64,000 nucleotides of DNA from Anaerolineae bacterium (GCA_040767425.1 JAXGON010000003.1:22440-86439), one strand, 5' to 3'; positions 18,957 through 29,631 are shown, numbered from the stretch's first letter. Made by a program: numbers and translations. The notes: generated from the letters alone by a model not told the origin.

Positions 18957-21002
18957 CTACGAGATCTCGAGTATGGCGTGGACGTCCACCTGCGGGATCT
19001 CGACTACCAGCGTGCCATCCTCCAGCGACCAAACCGGCTCGACGCCGTCAGGCTGCAGCCGCACCGCATTTGGCTGCGAGTCCACGCGCAAGCGGACGGT
19101 CACATCCCGCACGGGCAGTACGCTCTCCACACAGACGTTATTGCCATCCACTGGCCGGTTGCCGTGATGGTTGACCAGGTGCACCAAGCGACGCGGGGGG
19201 CGCTGTGCGGTGGCGGGCTGGCGCGTCAGCACGACCTCTAGCCATGCCGGTGCCTCCACCTCGACTGGCAAATCCGGCGCCAGCGCGCGCAGCAGGTTGG
19301 CCACCACATGCTTCAAGTTCCAGTTGTTCTTGGCCTGATAGGCGCGGAATAGGTCCCCTGCCAGGTAGCAGGCCCATCCCTGACCGTAGGGACGGACGGT
19401 GATGGCCGGGCAGCCGGTATCCTCGCCCACCGGCGACCAGCGTAGCAGCGGCTTACCGTCGCTCCTCAAGTAGATGGCGCGCAGCTTAGCCAACGTCTGA
19501 ACGTCGTCGACCACGGGCTTGGCCAGGGCAAAGGTCGCCTCGGCCAGGTGCGGCATGTCGAGTGTCCCCGGCTCCAGCCTGGGATCGATGACCTCCACAT
19601 AGGCGTGGGTCTGATCATAGACGCCCTCCATCTCCACGCCCAGGACCTCCTCCAGGGCCATGCGGCCGGTGGGCTCAAAGGCATCGTCGAGGGTGCCGCT
19701 GAGACCAGCAGCCACCAGCACGCCCCCATCGCGCACCCAATCGGTGATGCGCGATACCAGGGCTCCCGAGAGATAGCGCTGATCCGGCAGGATGAGCACT
19801 TGGAGCTCGTCCAGCCGCTCGTCCAGGGTGACCTCGTTCATCAGGTGGTAGGGCAGCATGCTCTCGGTGAGCAGACGGTGCGCGCCGCGGGAGCTAGTCT
19901 CGTCGATCCACATGGCCGGTCGGTCCTGCGTCAGGTGGGAGGCCGTGCTATGGAGGACGGCTATGGAGAGCTCTGGTTCGGCGCCCTTGAGCCAAGGCTC
20001 GCGCTCCTGAACGAACCCGAGTGTCTTGCCAAGCTCACCCATCACGGCCGGCTCCACGTCAAAGCGCTCGTTCATCTGGTAGCCGATCCAGGTGAGGCCG
20101 CCATTGGCCAGCGTCGTGGCGACCTCTTGCTGCATGGCAATGGCGGGCTTGCAGCCCCAATCGCCCCACCACTGCAGGAACGCCGTGTTCATGATGTCGA
20201 ACGGCACGCCCAGCAGCGACCAGTACCGCGAAAAGTAACTCCCGTTAAAGGCTTGGTCGTCGGGATAGATATCGGCCACGAGGTTGCCGACGCCCTCGGG
20301 GACGGGCTCGGGCATGCGCGGCGCGTACGCCCAGTTGAACGAGACCACCATATCGGGCTTGATCTCATGGATGGCGTCGCAGATGCGCTGGCGCAGCTCG
20401 CGATAGCGCTCAAGCTCCCAAGCCACCCAGGCCGCCCAGCCCGGCTCATCGGGGCCGGTGGGGATGGGCGCGCCGCCACTGGCCTCGGCCCAGGCGGCCT
20501 GGCAGGCATCGCAGTAGCAGGGTGCGTGCCCATAGGTCCCATCAAAGAACAGCGCGTCGAGATCGTACAGGCGCACGGCCTCGGCGATATGGGGCAGCAT
20601 CCACTCATCGGTAAGCGGCCCCAGCATGCAGATGGACGTCTCGTCGGCCTCGCCCTCGGCATTGACCCGGCGCCACTCGGGATGATCGCGCGCGACGGGC
20701 TCACTGTTGAAGGTATGATAGTAGCCAATGGCCTTCAGGCCGCGTGCGTGGAGAGCGTCGATCTGCTCCTGCACCATGTCGAGGCCCTCGGGCAGGCTGG
20801 GATGCACATAGCGAATCTCGCCCTGGCGATAGAACGAGTAGCCATATCCACCCTTGATAAAGACCGAGACCGCCTCGGCGTTGGCGGCAACCAGGCGATC
20901 GGCCCAACGCGCAGCGTCGAACCCCGCCGCTAGGCCGACCGTGGCCCCGGGGCTGTGAAAGTCGAAAAAGAGCTTGCGGTAGCTGGTGTCATACCATGAC
21001 AT
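18957..21002 (-). CDS. GHL6/GH151-like glycoside hydrolase (putative alpha-L-fucosidase) with beta-galactosidase trimerisation domain
   Basis: FFDFHS, HPEWRR, ALFFDG, CYCDAC, LVHLVN. No signal peptide. Confidence 0.75.
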   Translation of the reverse strand: MSWYDTSYRKLFFDFHSPGATVGLAAGFDAARWADRLVAANAEAVSVFIKGGYGYSFYRQGEIRYVHPSLPEGLDMVQEQIDALHARGLKAIGYYHTFNSEPVARDHPEWRRVNAEGEADETSICMLGPLTDEWMLPHIAEAVRLYDLDALFFDGTYGHAPCYCDACQAAWAEASGGAPIPTGPDEPGWAAWVAWELERYRELRQRICDAIHEIKPDMVVSFNWAYAPRMPEPVPEGVGNLVADIYPDDQAFNGSYFSRYWSLLGVPFDIMNTAFLQWWGDWGCKPAIAMQQEVATTLANGGLTWIGYQMNERFDVEPAVMGELGKTLGFVQEREPWLKGAEPELSIAVLHSTASHLTQDRPAMWIDETSSRGAHRLLTESMLPYHLMNEVTLDERLDELQVLILPDQRYLSGALVSRITDWVRDGGVLVAAGLSGTLDDAFEPTGRMALEEVLGVEMEGVYDQTHAYVEVIDPRLEPGTLDMPHLAEATFALAKPVVDDVQTLAKLRAIYLRSDGKPLLRWSPVGEDTGCPAITVRPYGQGWACYLAGDLFRAYQAKNNWNLKHVVANLLRALAPDLPVEVEAPAWLEVVLTRQPATAQRPPRRLVHLVNHHGNRPVDGNNVCVESVLPVRDVTVRLRVDSQPNAVRLQPDGVEPVWSLEDGTLVVEIPQVDVHAILEIS

Positions 21003-21028
21003 GGGTGGAATCCTCCCTCGATGCTGAG

Positions 21029-21057
21029 AGAGGGGCCCCGCATGGAGGAGCCCCTCT
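21029..21057 (-). other. Intergenic stem-loop between the ABC permease and the hydrolase
   Basis: AGAGGGGC...GCCCCTCT inverted repeat. Confidence 0.5.
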
Positions 21058-21086
21058 GGCGGACGTAACTGTGCAGTGAACCCGGG

Positions 21087-21974
21087 CTACATCTTGATGG
21101 CGCCCGAAGTCAGCCCCCGGATAAAGGCACGGCTACTGAGCGAGAACAGCACCAGGAGCGGCAGCCCCGCGATGACGTACCCGGCATACTGTGCGCCGGG
21201 ATCACGCTGCGTGATGAGCTCGCCCAACCGCAGCACCCCCAAGATGGCCGGATAGCGCGTCGGGTCCGACAGCACCATGATAGGCCAGATATACTCGCTA
21301 TAGACGCCATTGATCTGCAGGACGATCAGCGTGGTCAGGATCGGCGTCGCCAGCGGCAGCGCGATGGTGCGCAGCATCCGACCCTCGCTAGCGCCGTCCA
21401 GCCGGCCCGCCTCGAACATTTCCTCCGGGATGGAAGCAAAGAATGTCCGTAACACAATGATCTGGAACGCCTGCGCGCCTGCCGCCATAGGAAGCCAGAC
21501 GCCGGGATAGGTGTTGTTGAGCTTCATGTTGACCACCACCACGAAACGGGGAATCAGCGTCAAGATACCCGGGATCATCATCAGGCCTAGGATGGCTATG
21601 AAAAAGAACTCGCGTCCGGGGAACGGATACCGGGCCAAGGCAAAAGCGGAAAAGATGCTGCAAATGATGCTCACCGTCACCGTACCCAAGACGAACACGG
21701 CGCTATTGATCATGTACGGCCCCATGACGCGGGACGCCTTCACATAGTTGACCCAACGGAAAGGCAGCGTCGGCAACCACATCGAATCGGCCATCTGCTG
21801 CTCGCTCTTGAGCGAGAGCTGCAACAGCATCAGGACCGGCACGAACGTGAGAAAGCCAAGGACCCCCAGAATGATGCTCAACACCACGTCGCCGGGGATG
21901 CGAAAGCGCCGACGCGGAGGCGCAACCCTCTTGGGGGATGTAGCGCGCGTCATATCGGCTGTGCTCATGCTCAC
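21087..21974 (-). CDS. Carbohydrate ABC transporter permease (MalG-like)
   Basis: EAA loop IPEEMFEAGRLDGAS, C-terminal FIRGLTSGAIK, 6 TM. Confidence 0.93.
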   Translation of the reverse strand: MSMSTADMTRATSPKRVAPPRRRFRIPGDVVLSIILGVLGFLTFVPVLMLLQLSLKSEQQMADSMWLPTLPFRWVNYVKASRVMGPYMINSAVFVLGTVTVSIICSIFSAFALARYPFPGREFFFIAILGLMMIPGILTLIPRFVVVVNMKLNNTYPGVWLPMAAGAQAFQIIVLRTFFASIPEEMFEAGRLDGASEGRMLRTIALPLATPILTTLIVLQINGVYSEYIWPIMVLSDPTRYPAILGVLRLGELITQRDPGAQYAGYVIAGLPLLVLFSLSSRAFIRGLTSGAIKM

Positions 21975-21977
21975 CCC

Positions 21978-22925
21978 CTAGTGTGCCTCGTACTCGATGT
22001 CAGTGCGGATGGCGGCTTGATTGATCAGCGTGAGCGAAAAGATGAGTATGAAGAGGACCACGCCGATGGCGCAGGCCACGCCGTAGCGCCCCTCATTCAT
22101 GGCTGCCTTGTACATGGACCAAGCTGGCACGGTAGTCGCCCCTGCAGGGCCACCTCGCGTCACCAACAGCTGCCAGCCGAAATCCTGAAAGGAGCCGATG
22201 ACGTTGAGGATGACAATGAGCCGGATCTGCGGGATGATCAGAGGCAGCTCCATGGAAAAGAAGCGCCGCACCGTGCCGGCGCCGTCCATGATGGCGGCCT
22301 CGATGATCTCCAGCGGGATGGCGAGAAACCCTGCCAAATAGATGAGCAAACCCACGCCATCGATCCACGGGAACCCCATAAAGATCAGCGAGAACAGGGC
22401 CGTGTCCGGGCTATTAAGCCAGGCCAGGGGCTTCATGCCGAGGCCAACGAGGATCTCGTTAAACAGGCCAACGTTGGGCTCATAGAGCTGCCGCCATACC
22501 AGAATGCCGACCAGTCCTGGAACCACGATGGGCAGCACAAAGAGCAGCCGGAAAAAGTAGGCGACCTTCTCGCTCTTGACGCGGTAGAGCAGAGCCGCGC
22601 CCAGCAATGGAAACACCGACGAGCGGAAGATCTGCCAGGCCGCCAGAATGAACATGTTGCGGAAGCCCTTCTCAAAGATCTCCGTCGACGTAAAGATGTA
22701 CCGGTAGTTCTTGATTCCCACCCATTGGGGAGGCCGGAAGCCGTCCCAGTTGGTGAATGAGTGATAAAAAGCAGAAAATGCAGGATAATAAGCAAAAGTC
22801 AAGAGCAGTGCAAACGTGCCGGACATCATAGCATAGCAGTACCAGTACCGGCGCACGTTCCGTACTAGCTCCGACCATCTGGTACGCTCGTGGACGATGG
22901 CGTGCCCCTCTCGGGTAGCATCCAT
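21978..22925 (-). CDS. Carbohydrate ABC transporter permease (MalF-like)
   Basis: SFTNWDG, WVGIKNY, EAA loop IPLEIIEAAIMDGAG, TRGGPAGAT. Confidence 0.93.
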   Translation of the reverse strand: MDATREGHAIVHERTRWSELVRNVRRYWYCYAMMSGTFALLLTFAYYPAFSAFYHSFTNWDGFRPPQWVGIKNYRYIFTSTEIFEKGFRNMFILAAWQIFRSSVFPLLGAALLYRVKSEKVAYFFRLLFVLPIVVPGLVGILVWRQLYEPNVGLFNEILVGLGMKPLAWLNSPDTALFSLIFMGFPWIDGVGLLIYLAGFLAIPLEIIEAAIMDGAGTVRRFFSMELPLIIPQIRLIVILNVIGSFQDFGWQLLVTRGGPAGATTVPAWSMYKAAMNEGRYGVACAIGVVLFILIFSLTLINQAAIRTDIEYEAH

Positions 22926-22948
22926 GGGCTATTTACCTCTCTAGCGGC

Positions 22949-22979
22949 CACGGTCCGGCAGGCTGGCTGCCGGACCGTG
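22949..22979 (-). other. Stem-loop directly after the solute-binding protein gene (mRNA stabiliser or partial terminator)
   Basis: Perfect 13-bp stem CACGGTCCGGCAG-gctgg-CTGCCGGACCGTG. Confidence 0.65.
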
Positions 22980-23008
22980 CAATAGTCTCCGTTACCTAGG
23001 CCAACTGA

Positions 23009-24508
23009 TTACTCGGTGACCCAGTCCGGGTTGACCTCGAGGACTTTGTCCACCTCGGCGTCCAGCTTTTCCTTGGCCAGTTGGAGGAACTGGTCGTCGT
23101 TCATGTCACTGGGCAGGTACTTCTGCCACAGATCGCACTCGGCGTTCAGGGCGCTGGCGGATAGCGTCTGCCAGCTCTGGTACGGGACGGCCCGATCGTA
23201 TGGCTCATAGAACGGGGCCAGCTCGGGCAGGCCCTCGGCACCATAGGTCAGCGGCACGAGGCCGGTCTCCTTGCAGATGGAGCCGACGTGCTCGGGTACA
23301 CTGGACCACATCAACCAGTCCATGATCACGTCGACCCTGGCCGGATCGGTTTGCGCCAGATAGCCGGGCACGTGGTACTGCATGGCGCCCCAAGCGCCCT
23401 GGATGCGCACCACCTTTTCGGGCGCCGCCGGCCAGATGTCCTTGGTGATGATGGGGAACGCGAGCCAGTTAAAGCCATGGGGCGGCGGATCATTCTTGAG
23501 CTGGCTGACGCCCCAGTTGCCCTCCATGTACATGGCCAGGTTGCCCTGCCGCCAGAGCTGCGGCAGATCCAGCTCGCCCTCGTATCCCAGCGGGAAGTAG
23601 GGCGTCAGCTCCTTGAACAGATGGGCAAACTTCAGGAAAGCGTCCCAATCCGGAAAGAGGCCCTCGTCATAGCTGAGAACGAGGTCCTTGGCGGTGATGA
23701 CTTTGTTGCCATCGTGATCCCAGTCGTAGATGGTGTCCCACACAAGCTGGTTATAGATATGAGCGGAGGCCCAGTGCGGGAAGCAGCAGTTCTCAGGCGA
23801 GAGGTCCGCGCCGTATGGGATATAGCCCGCATCGAGCAGCGCCTGCCAGACATCCTTGAACTCGCCCCACGTCCGTGGCTCTTCAGTGATGCCGGCTTCC
23901 TCAAAGGCATCGGTGTTATAGAGCGTCATCACGCCGGCGCCGTCCATGTTTACGCCGTAGAGCTTGCCGTCAGGCCCCGTCTGGGAGATGATGGCCACCT
24001 CTTCGAACTGGTCGAACCAGCGCTCGTTTCCCTCCACGTACGGGTTGGGCAACTCGGCCCAAGGATCAAAGGCCAGCGCCCATCCCTTGGGGATGTGCGG
24101 CCAGAGGTCCTCCGTATTGGACCAGTAGATGTCGGGGGCATCCTGCGCGATCATCCGCGCCGTCAGCCACTCCATTACGTTGGAGCCAGCAGGGAATCGG
24201 TACCACTCGATCTCCACGTTCGGGTGATCCGCCATATAGGCGTCCTTGATCTTGTCATAGGCCACCTTGCGGACCTGGCCCGGCTCGAGCTCGGCGTCCG
24301 GCGGCGTCGGCTCGGCCGATTGCGCCCAGTGCTGGATGGTGATGGTCTCGGCGACCTCTTCGGCCGGCGCAGCGGTAGCTACCTCTTCCTCAGCCTCCGG
24401 CGCCGCCGTGGGCGTAGCGCTCGGCGCGCAAGCGGCGGCCATGGCGCCCACGGCGGTAAGGCCCAGCGCCTTGAGCAGATCGCGGCGACTCATGCTAAGC
24501 TTGGACAT
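23009..24508 (-). CDS. Sugar ABC transporter solute-binding lipoprotein, Tat-exported
   Basis: SRRDLLK twin-arginine motif, lipobox-like AAAC, PT/EA linker, APDIY, LYNTDAFEEAGI..P.TW. Confidence 0.9.
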   Translation of the reverse strand: MSKLSMSRRDLLKALGLTAVGAMAAACAPSATPTAAPEAEEEVATAAPAEEVAETITIQHWAQSAEPTPPDAELEPGQVRKVAYDKIKDAYMADHPNVEIEWYRFPAGSNVMEWLTARMIAQDAPDIYWSNTEDLWPHIPKGWALAFDPWAELPNPYVEGNERWFDQFEEVAIISQTGPDGKLYGVNMDGAGVMTLYNTDAFEEAGITEEPRTWGEFKDVWQALLDAGYIPYGADLSPENCCFPHWASAHIYNQLVWDTIYDWDHDGNKVITAKDLVLSYDEGLFPDWDAFLKFAHLFKELTPYFPLGYEGELDLPQLWRQGNLAMYMEGNWGVSQLKNDPPPHGFNWLAFPIITKDIWPAAPEKVVRIQGAWGAMQYHVPGYLAQTDPARVDVIMDWLMWSSVPEHVGSICKETGLVPLTYGAEGLPELAPFYEPYDRAVPYQSWQTLSASALNAECDLWQKYLPSDMNDDQFLQLAKEKLDAEVDKVLEVNPDWVTE

Positions 24509-24631
24509 TCTTGCTCCTCCTCTGAATTGAATCCGGCGACACGACTCGAATGTGCACGGTAATCAATCTCCGGCAGACTCCCTCCCCCAACGTGCCGCAG
24601 GCGGCGATCGCCTCCCACACAACCTAACCCC

Positions 24632-24675
24632 AAGATATCACAATCACGCAGCCGGTGACTGACAAATGACTGACA
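24632..24675 (-). promoter_or_regulatory. Candidate activator-dependent promoter of the ABC operon with an 11-bp-period direct repeat
   Basis: On the minus strand TGTCAGTCA-TT-TGTCAGTCA (24675-24656) overlies the -35 position of an extended -10 TGnTATCTT (24640-24632). Confidence 0.6.
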
Positions 24676-24726
24676 TCGCAGTGCAAGCCTTCCGTGATCG
24701 ATCTACTGCCGTCAACCACGCGAGGC

Positions 24727-26928
24727 TCAGCCCGCGTCTTCCTCATCAGCGTACGAGGGGCGCAGTGCCATCAGCAGCCTCGGCACTAGGTCCACCACCA
24801 GTGGCGTAGGAATGCCCCGGGCTTGATGGATCGAAAAGTGCCCCTGCGCGTGCTGTAGCAGCTCGTGCACATAGTCGGTGGCCGTCACGCCGATCACCTT
24901 GACCTCACGCCCGAATGCTGCTCCCCGCAGCCGCTCCAGCACCTCGAATCCACTGATGCCCGGCAGCACCATGTCGAGCAACACCAGGTCCGGGCGCGAC
25001 TCCTCCGCGATGGCCAAGCCCTGCTCGCCGCTGGACGCCGTGAGCACCCGGCGATCGTTGCCCGCCCCCTCCAAGAAGCGCGTCATCAAGTTGAGGAATC
25101 CGCGGCTGTCATCGATCACCAGCACATTGTGTGCATCGGGCGCCACGCGCTCCAGGGCAGCCATCAAGTTGCCCTGCGATACCGGCTTGATCAAGACAGC
25201 ATCCAGGCCCGTCCCGTTGGCGCTTTGCATCCAGCTCGGGCTGGGGATAGAACAGCGGATCACGGGAAGGTTGTAGCGTCCTGCCAGCGCCGTAGCACTC
25301 CCGTACCATGCCTCCGCCGGCGCGTCTGGCGCCAGGTTGACCAGCAGCCCGCCAGGATGCTCGCGCTGAATCACCCCATCGGCCTCGTCCAGATCGGCCA
25401 CCGGCACGATCTGCCGATCTCCAAGGTAGCGCCGCATCATATCGCCAAAGGTTGGGTCGGGGTCCACCACCACCACGGGAGCCTGCTCCTCGGGATGAGG
25501 CGGTCGTTCAGGGATCTGGCGCAGCGCCTCGGTCTCAGCCTCGGTCCACGGCAGCGGCAGCGACACGAAAAAGGTGCTGCCTTTGCCCGGGGTACTCTCG
25601 GCCCACATGCTTCCGCCATGCAGCTCCACGAACCGACGACTGAGGGACAACCCCAGGCCAGCTCCCTCTCGTCGGCGCGTGGTCATATCGGCCTGACGAA
25701 ACTCGTCAAAAATCACGTCCATCTGGTCGGGCGCGATCCCCACGCCGGTGTCTCTCACCTCTAGCAAGACGTCAGCCTCGCGCACCTGCACGGCGATCGT
25801 AATACCGCCTTGGTCCGTATAGCGGGCGGCATTGTTCAGCAGGTTGAGCAGCACCTGGCGAATGCGCGTCCGATCCAAAAAGAGCGCCGGCGGGTCGCCA
25901 TCTCGCTCCAGCCGCACCCACAGGTGGCGCTGGTCTAGAAGCGGCCTTACTGTCTCGAGCGCCTCTTGGACGATCTCGTGCAGATTGTGCCACTCGCGGA
26001 ACATGGGCAGGGCCGCGGCGTCGATGCGCGACAGGTCAAGGACGTCGTTCACCAAGTCTTGCAGGTGCCGGCTAGTTCGGTAGAGCTGCCGTAGGTCGTC
26101 CTCAAAGGACGGCGTCAACGCCACGCCGGGGTAGCTCTCTGGCTCGAGATACATCAGCTCGGCGAACCCAACGATCACGTTCAGCGGCGTTCGCAGCTCG
26201 TGGCTAACGTTGGCCACAAAGCGCTCCTTGATCACCCGCGCATCCTCGGCCTCTCGCCGCGCTGCGCGAAGCTCCTGGTTGGAGCGCTGCAGCCGCACAT
26301 AGGCCTCGTCCAGCGCCTTGAGAGCGCGGTTCAGTTCTCCCTGGTGATCCCGAAGCTGCTCGATGCGGTTGCGCTGCGTGTCGGCCAGGTCGCGCTCCAG
26401 CGTGTCCATGGTGCCAAGGGCCTCATCAGCTAGATAGCCAAACGCGGTAGTGGAGAGCCACACGCCCACCCAGTGGGCAAACTCGGCCGGCACGCCCAGG
26501 GGACGCTGCAAGATGAGCGCCTCCCCCAGCGCCAGCGCGGCCACAACGAGGCCTCCCCACCTCCCTAGCAGCATCCCGGCAAAGAGCGGCAGAAACGCGA
26601 CGCGCAACAGCGACGCCGTGATCCCGTGCTGTAAAGCCACAAAGGGTTGGAGTGCGGCCTGGCCGGCGAGGAGGAGAATCGCAGCCCACAGGGTGGCCCG
26701 GTCGCGCAGCCAGAAGACTCCCACCGCTACCAGCGTTCCCAAGCCCAGCGTAACATAGCCAGGCAAGCCAAAGTCGCTCACGTTGGTGCCATAAGGCAAG
26801 ACGAGCCAGACGTCATAGAAAACGAGGATGGCAGCCACCAGCAGGAGGCGGCGCCGAAAGGCAACCAGTTCGGTGGTAGCGTACCTGGCATCGGGGGCTA
26901 TCCGCCTAGTGGCCACAAGTTCCTCCAC
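24727..26928 (-). CDS. Hybrid sensor histidine kinase with two receiver-like domains
   Basis: About 5-6 TM, H-box FVANVSHELRTPL, N-box QVLLNLLNNA, DTGVGI, GAGLGL. Two C-terminal REC-like domains. Confidence 0.92.
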   Translation of the reverse strand: MEELVATRRIAPDARYATTELVAFRRRLLLVAAILVFYDVWLVLPYGTNVSDFGLPGYVTLGLGTLVAVGVFWLRDRATLWAAILLLAGQAALQPFVALQHGITASLLRVAFLPLFAGMLLGRWGGLVVAALALGEALILQRPLGVPAEFAHWVGVWLSTTAFGYLADEALGTMDTLERDLADTQRNRIEQLRDHQGELNRALKALDEAYVRLQRSNQELRAARREAEDARVIKERFVANVSHELRTPLNVIVGFAELMYLEPESYPGVALTPSFEDDLRQLYRTSRHLQDLVNDVLDLSRIDAAALPMFREWHNLHEIVQEALETVRPLLDQRHLWVRLERDGDPPALFLDRTRIRQVLLNLLNNAARYTDQGGITIAVQVREADVLLEVRDTGVGIAPDQMDVIFDEFRQADMTTRRREGAGLGLSLSRRFVELHGGSMWAESTPGKGSTFFVSLPLPWTEAETEALRQIPERPPHPEEQAPVVVVDPDPTFGDMMRRYLGDRQIVPVADLDEADGVIQREHPGGLLVNLAPDAPAEAWYGSATALAGRYNLPVIRCSIPSPSWMQSANGTGLDAVLIKPVSQGNLMAALERVAPDAHNVLVIDDSRGFLNLMTRFLEGAGNDRRVLTASSGEQGLAIAEESRPDLVLLDMVLPGISGFEVLERLRGAAFGREVKVIGVTATDYVHELLQHAQGHFSIHQARGIPTPLVVDLVPRLLMALRPSYADEEDAG

Positions 26929-26945
26929 TCGCCTGGGGAGACGTG

Positions 26946-28184
26946 TCAGCCGGCGTCGGAGGGATCCTGGCCCAGCACCTGTTCCAGGGTGCGCACCAGC
27001 GCAGCCCGGCGCACCGGCTTGAGCAAAAAGGCATCGGCGCCGAGAGCGAACGCCAGCTCGGGGTCATCGATCACCGAGCAGACCACCACGCGCGCCGCCT
27101 TGCCGGCCTCGCGTTCGCGGATGGCGCCCAGGACGTCCCAGCCATCGTGTTCTGGCATCATGATATCGAGGATGACCACGTCCGGCCGCAGCTCCTCTAA
27201 CTTGGCCAAGGCGGTTGGCATATCGGCGGCAGCGTGCACCCGGATGGGCAACGATTGGAGATACCGGGCAAACAACGCCGTCAGACCAGCGTTGTCATCC
27301 ACTATCAGGAGACGATAGTCGTCATTCAAGTCAAGCCGCACTTGAACGCAGACCCGACCGGTATCCGCCTTGTGTACGGATGTCTCCGCGCCCAAAGACG
27401 CAAACAAGCCTTGAGAGACAGCATACGGCTGCGAGGGATCGGCTTCCATCTCACGGTCCGCCGGACGATATACAAAGTCCAGCACCGCCGACGGGCCCTG
27501 CCGCGTTACCTCCAAGCTGACTTCCCCGCCCTCCTGGTGACGCACCATATGGCTGAGCAGGTTCAGCACCGCCTGACGGAGCATCACCCGGTTGACCGCG
27601 GCTGGCAGGCTGGTGACCATGGCATAGAACCGAACGTCAATCCCCTGCTGGGCTCCCAGTTGCCGCGCCTTGTCCACCGCCTCGCGTAACAGCGGCACTA
27701 GGTCGTTCTGGGTGGCTTGGGTGCGAGCCAGACGCTCCACTTCCTGATGGAGCTGGGTTAGGTCGCGCATGGGCGGCGACCCCGATGCGAGCTCGCGCGA
27801 TACGATGGCAGCCAGCGCCTCGACGCCACGACGAAGCTCGCGATAGGCCTGCCTCTCGCCGATACCCAGATCCTGGGCTACCTTGATGACCGGCTGATCC
27901 CCGATATAGTGCCGACACACGACCTCATAGGGCCGCGCCTCGGGGGCGTTGGCAGGGATGCCGGGATCGGGCTGCATCGCCTCGATGGCTCCCCGCAGCA
28001 TCCGCCGCAGCGCCTGGCCGCGGGTGACGCCCAGCGCCTCGGCCACGGGAATGGCACGCTCCGCCAGCGGGTGATTCTCCAGGTAGGCCCGGTCATGCCA
28101 GCGCTGCAGAACGGAGCGTAGCATCGCCTGCAGCTCCTGCTCACTGGGTTCGGTTCCTTCAGGCGGCCTCTCGTTCGTCGACAT
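26946..28184 (-). CDS. Atypical response regulator: N-terminal HTH, degenerate HATPase, C-terminal REC
   Basis: HTH VIKVAQDLGIGERQAYRELRRG, pseudo N-box LRQAVLNLLS, canonical REC (IVDDN, ILDIMMP, LLKPV). Confidence 0.85.
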   Translation of the reverse strand: MSTNERPPEGTEPSEQELQAMLRSVLQRWHDRAYLENHPLAERAIPVAEALGVTRGQALRRMLRGAIEAMQPDPGIPANAPEARPYEVVCRHYIGDQPVIKVAQDLGIGERQAYRELRRGVEALAAIVSRELASGSPPMRDLTQLHQEVERLARTQATQNDLVPLLREAVDKARQLGAQQGIDVRFYAMVTSLPAAVNRVMLRQAVLNLLSHMVRHQEGGEVSLEVTRQGPSAVLDFVYRPADREMEADPSQPYAVSQGLFASLGAETSVHKADTGRVCVQVRLDLNDDYRLLIVDDNAGLTALFARYLQSLPIRVHAAADMPTALAKLEELRPDVVILDIMMPEHDGWDVLGAIREREAGKAARVVVCSVIDDPELAFALGADAFLLKPVRRAALVRTLEQVLGQDPSDAG

Positions 28185-28398
28185 GGCCTGATTCTAGGAG
28201 CCCGCCCATACTCGGTCAAAGGCGCGCATCCCGCCTGCGCGCCTTGACGTGACAACGCCGGTGCACCAAGATCAGGGTCAAATCTTGCCCAGGGGCGGGC
28301 GTCCAAGCAGCCGCCGGACCGGCCGCGCGGGACCAGACCGGCCGGCCACAAGCCAATGCTGACACCCTGCCATGTTCCTACGCGCGAGGAGGACCCAA

Positions 28399-29631
28399 AT
28401 GCTCGACCCCGCAGATGCCAACTATGACGAAGCGTCAGTGCCGGACTATAGCTTGCCAGACCCCTTGGTGCTGCCCGACGGCAGCTCTGTTTCCGATCCA
28501 GAGACCTGGCAACGCATCCGCCGGCCGCAGATCCTGGCGCTGTTCGAGGAACATGTCTACGGCCGATCGCCTGGGAGGCCCGACGGCCTGGCCTGGGAGG
28601 TGACCTCGCGCGACGCCAACGCGCTACAGGGCACCGCCACCCGCAAAGAGATCACCATCTGGTTCGCCGGTCGCCAGGGGCCCTCCATGAACCTGCTGCT
28701 CTATCTGCCAAACGGCCGCTCAGAGCCGCCGCCACTGTTCCTGGGCCTCAACTTTTACGGCAATCACTCGATCCATCCCGATCCCGGCATCCGGCTATCA
28801 GGGCGATGGATGCGCCCCAATCCCCAACTGGGTGTGGAGGGGCACCGCGCCACAGAGGCCTCGCGGGGAGCCGGCGCCCACGCCTGGGCGGTCGAGCGGA
28901 TCCTGGAGCGCGGCTATGGGCTAGCGACCGCCTACTATGGCGACCTGGACCCCGATTTCGATGACGGGTTCCAGAACGGGGTGCACGCTCTCTATCCCAC
29001 ACCAGCCGGCATGGACCGTCCGGGCGATGCCTGGGGCGCTATCGGCGCGTGGGCCTGGGGCCTGAGCCGCGCCATGGACTATTTGGAGACCGACGGCGAT
29101 GTGGATCCACGCCAGATCATCGTCATGGGCCATTCGCGCCTGGGCAAGACGGCCCTCTGGGCCGGCGCCCAGGACGAACGCTTTCGCCTGGTCATTTCTG
29201 TCCAGTCCGGTTGCGGCGGCGCCGCGCTCTCACGACGACGCATCGGCGAGACGGTAACGGCGATCAACGAGCGGTTCCCCCATTGGTTCTGCCGGAACTT
29301 CTCTCGGTACAATGGCCAGGAGGATGCGCTGCCCATCGACCAACACGAGCTCCTAGCGCTGATCGCTCCACGTGGCCTCTATGTCTCCAGCGCTGAGGAC
29401 GATGGCTGGTCCGATCCTCGAGGCGAGTTCCTGGGAGCTCTACATGCCGATCCGGTCTATCGGCTCCTAGGCACCGACGGCCTGGCCGCCCAGGAGATGC
29501 CCGGGCTCGAGCAACCCATCACCAGCACCATCGGGTACCACATCCGGCCGGGGCGGCATGCCGTAATGCCCTATGACTGGGAGCGCTATATGGACTGGGC
29601 CGATCTGCGGCTAGGACGGCCTGGCAGCTAG
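28399..29631 (+). CDS. Carbohydrate esterase family 15 (glucuronoyl esterase-like)
   Basis: [14 protein letters not shown], nucleophile [36 protein letters not shown] before ATG 28399. No signal peptide. Confidence 0.88.
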   Translation: MLDPADANYDEASVPDYSLPDPLVLPDGSSVSDPETWQRIRRPQILALFEEHVYGRSPGRPDGLAWEVTSRDANALQGTATRKEITIWFAGRQGPSMNLLLYLPNGRSEPPPLFLGLNFYGNHSIHPDPGIRLSGRWMRPNPQLGVEGHRATEASRGAGAHAWAVERILERGYGLATAYYGDLDPDFDDGFQNGVHALYPTPAGMDRPGDAWGAIGAWAWGLSRAMDYLETDGDVDPRQIIVMGHSRLGKTALWAGAQDERFRLVISVQSGCGGAALSRRRIGETVTAINERFPHWFCRNFSRYNGQEDALPIDQHELLALIAPRGLYVSSAEDDGWSDPRGEFLGALHADPVYRLLGTDGLAAQEMPGLEQPITSTIGYHIRPGRHAVMPYDWERYMDWADLRLGRPGS

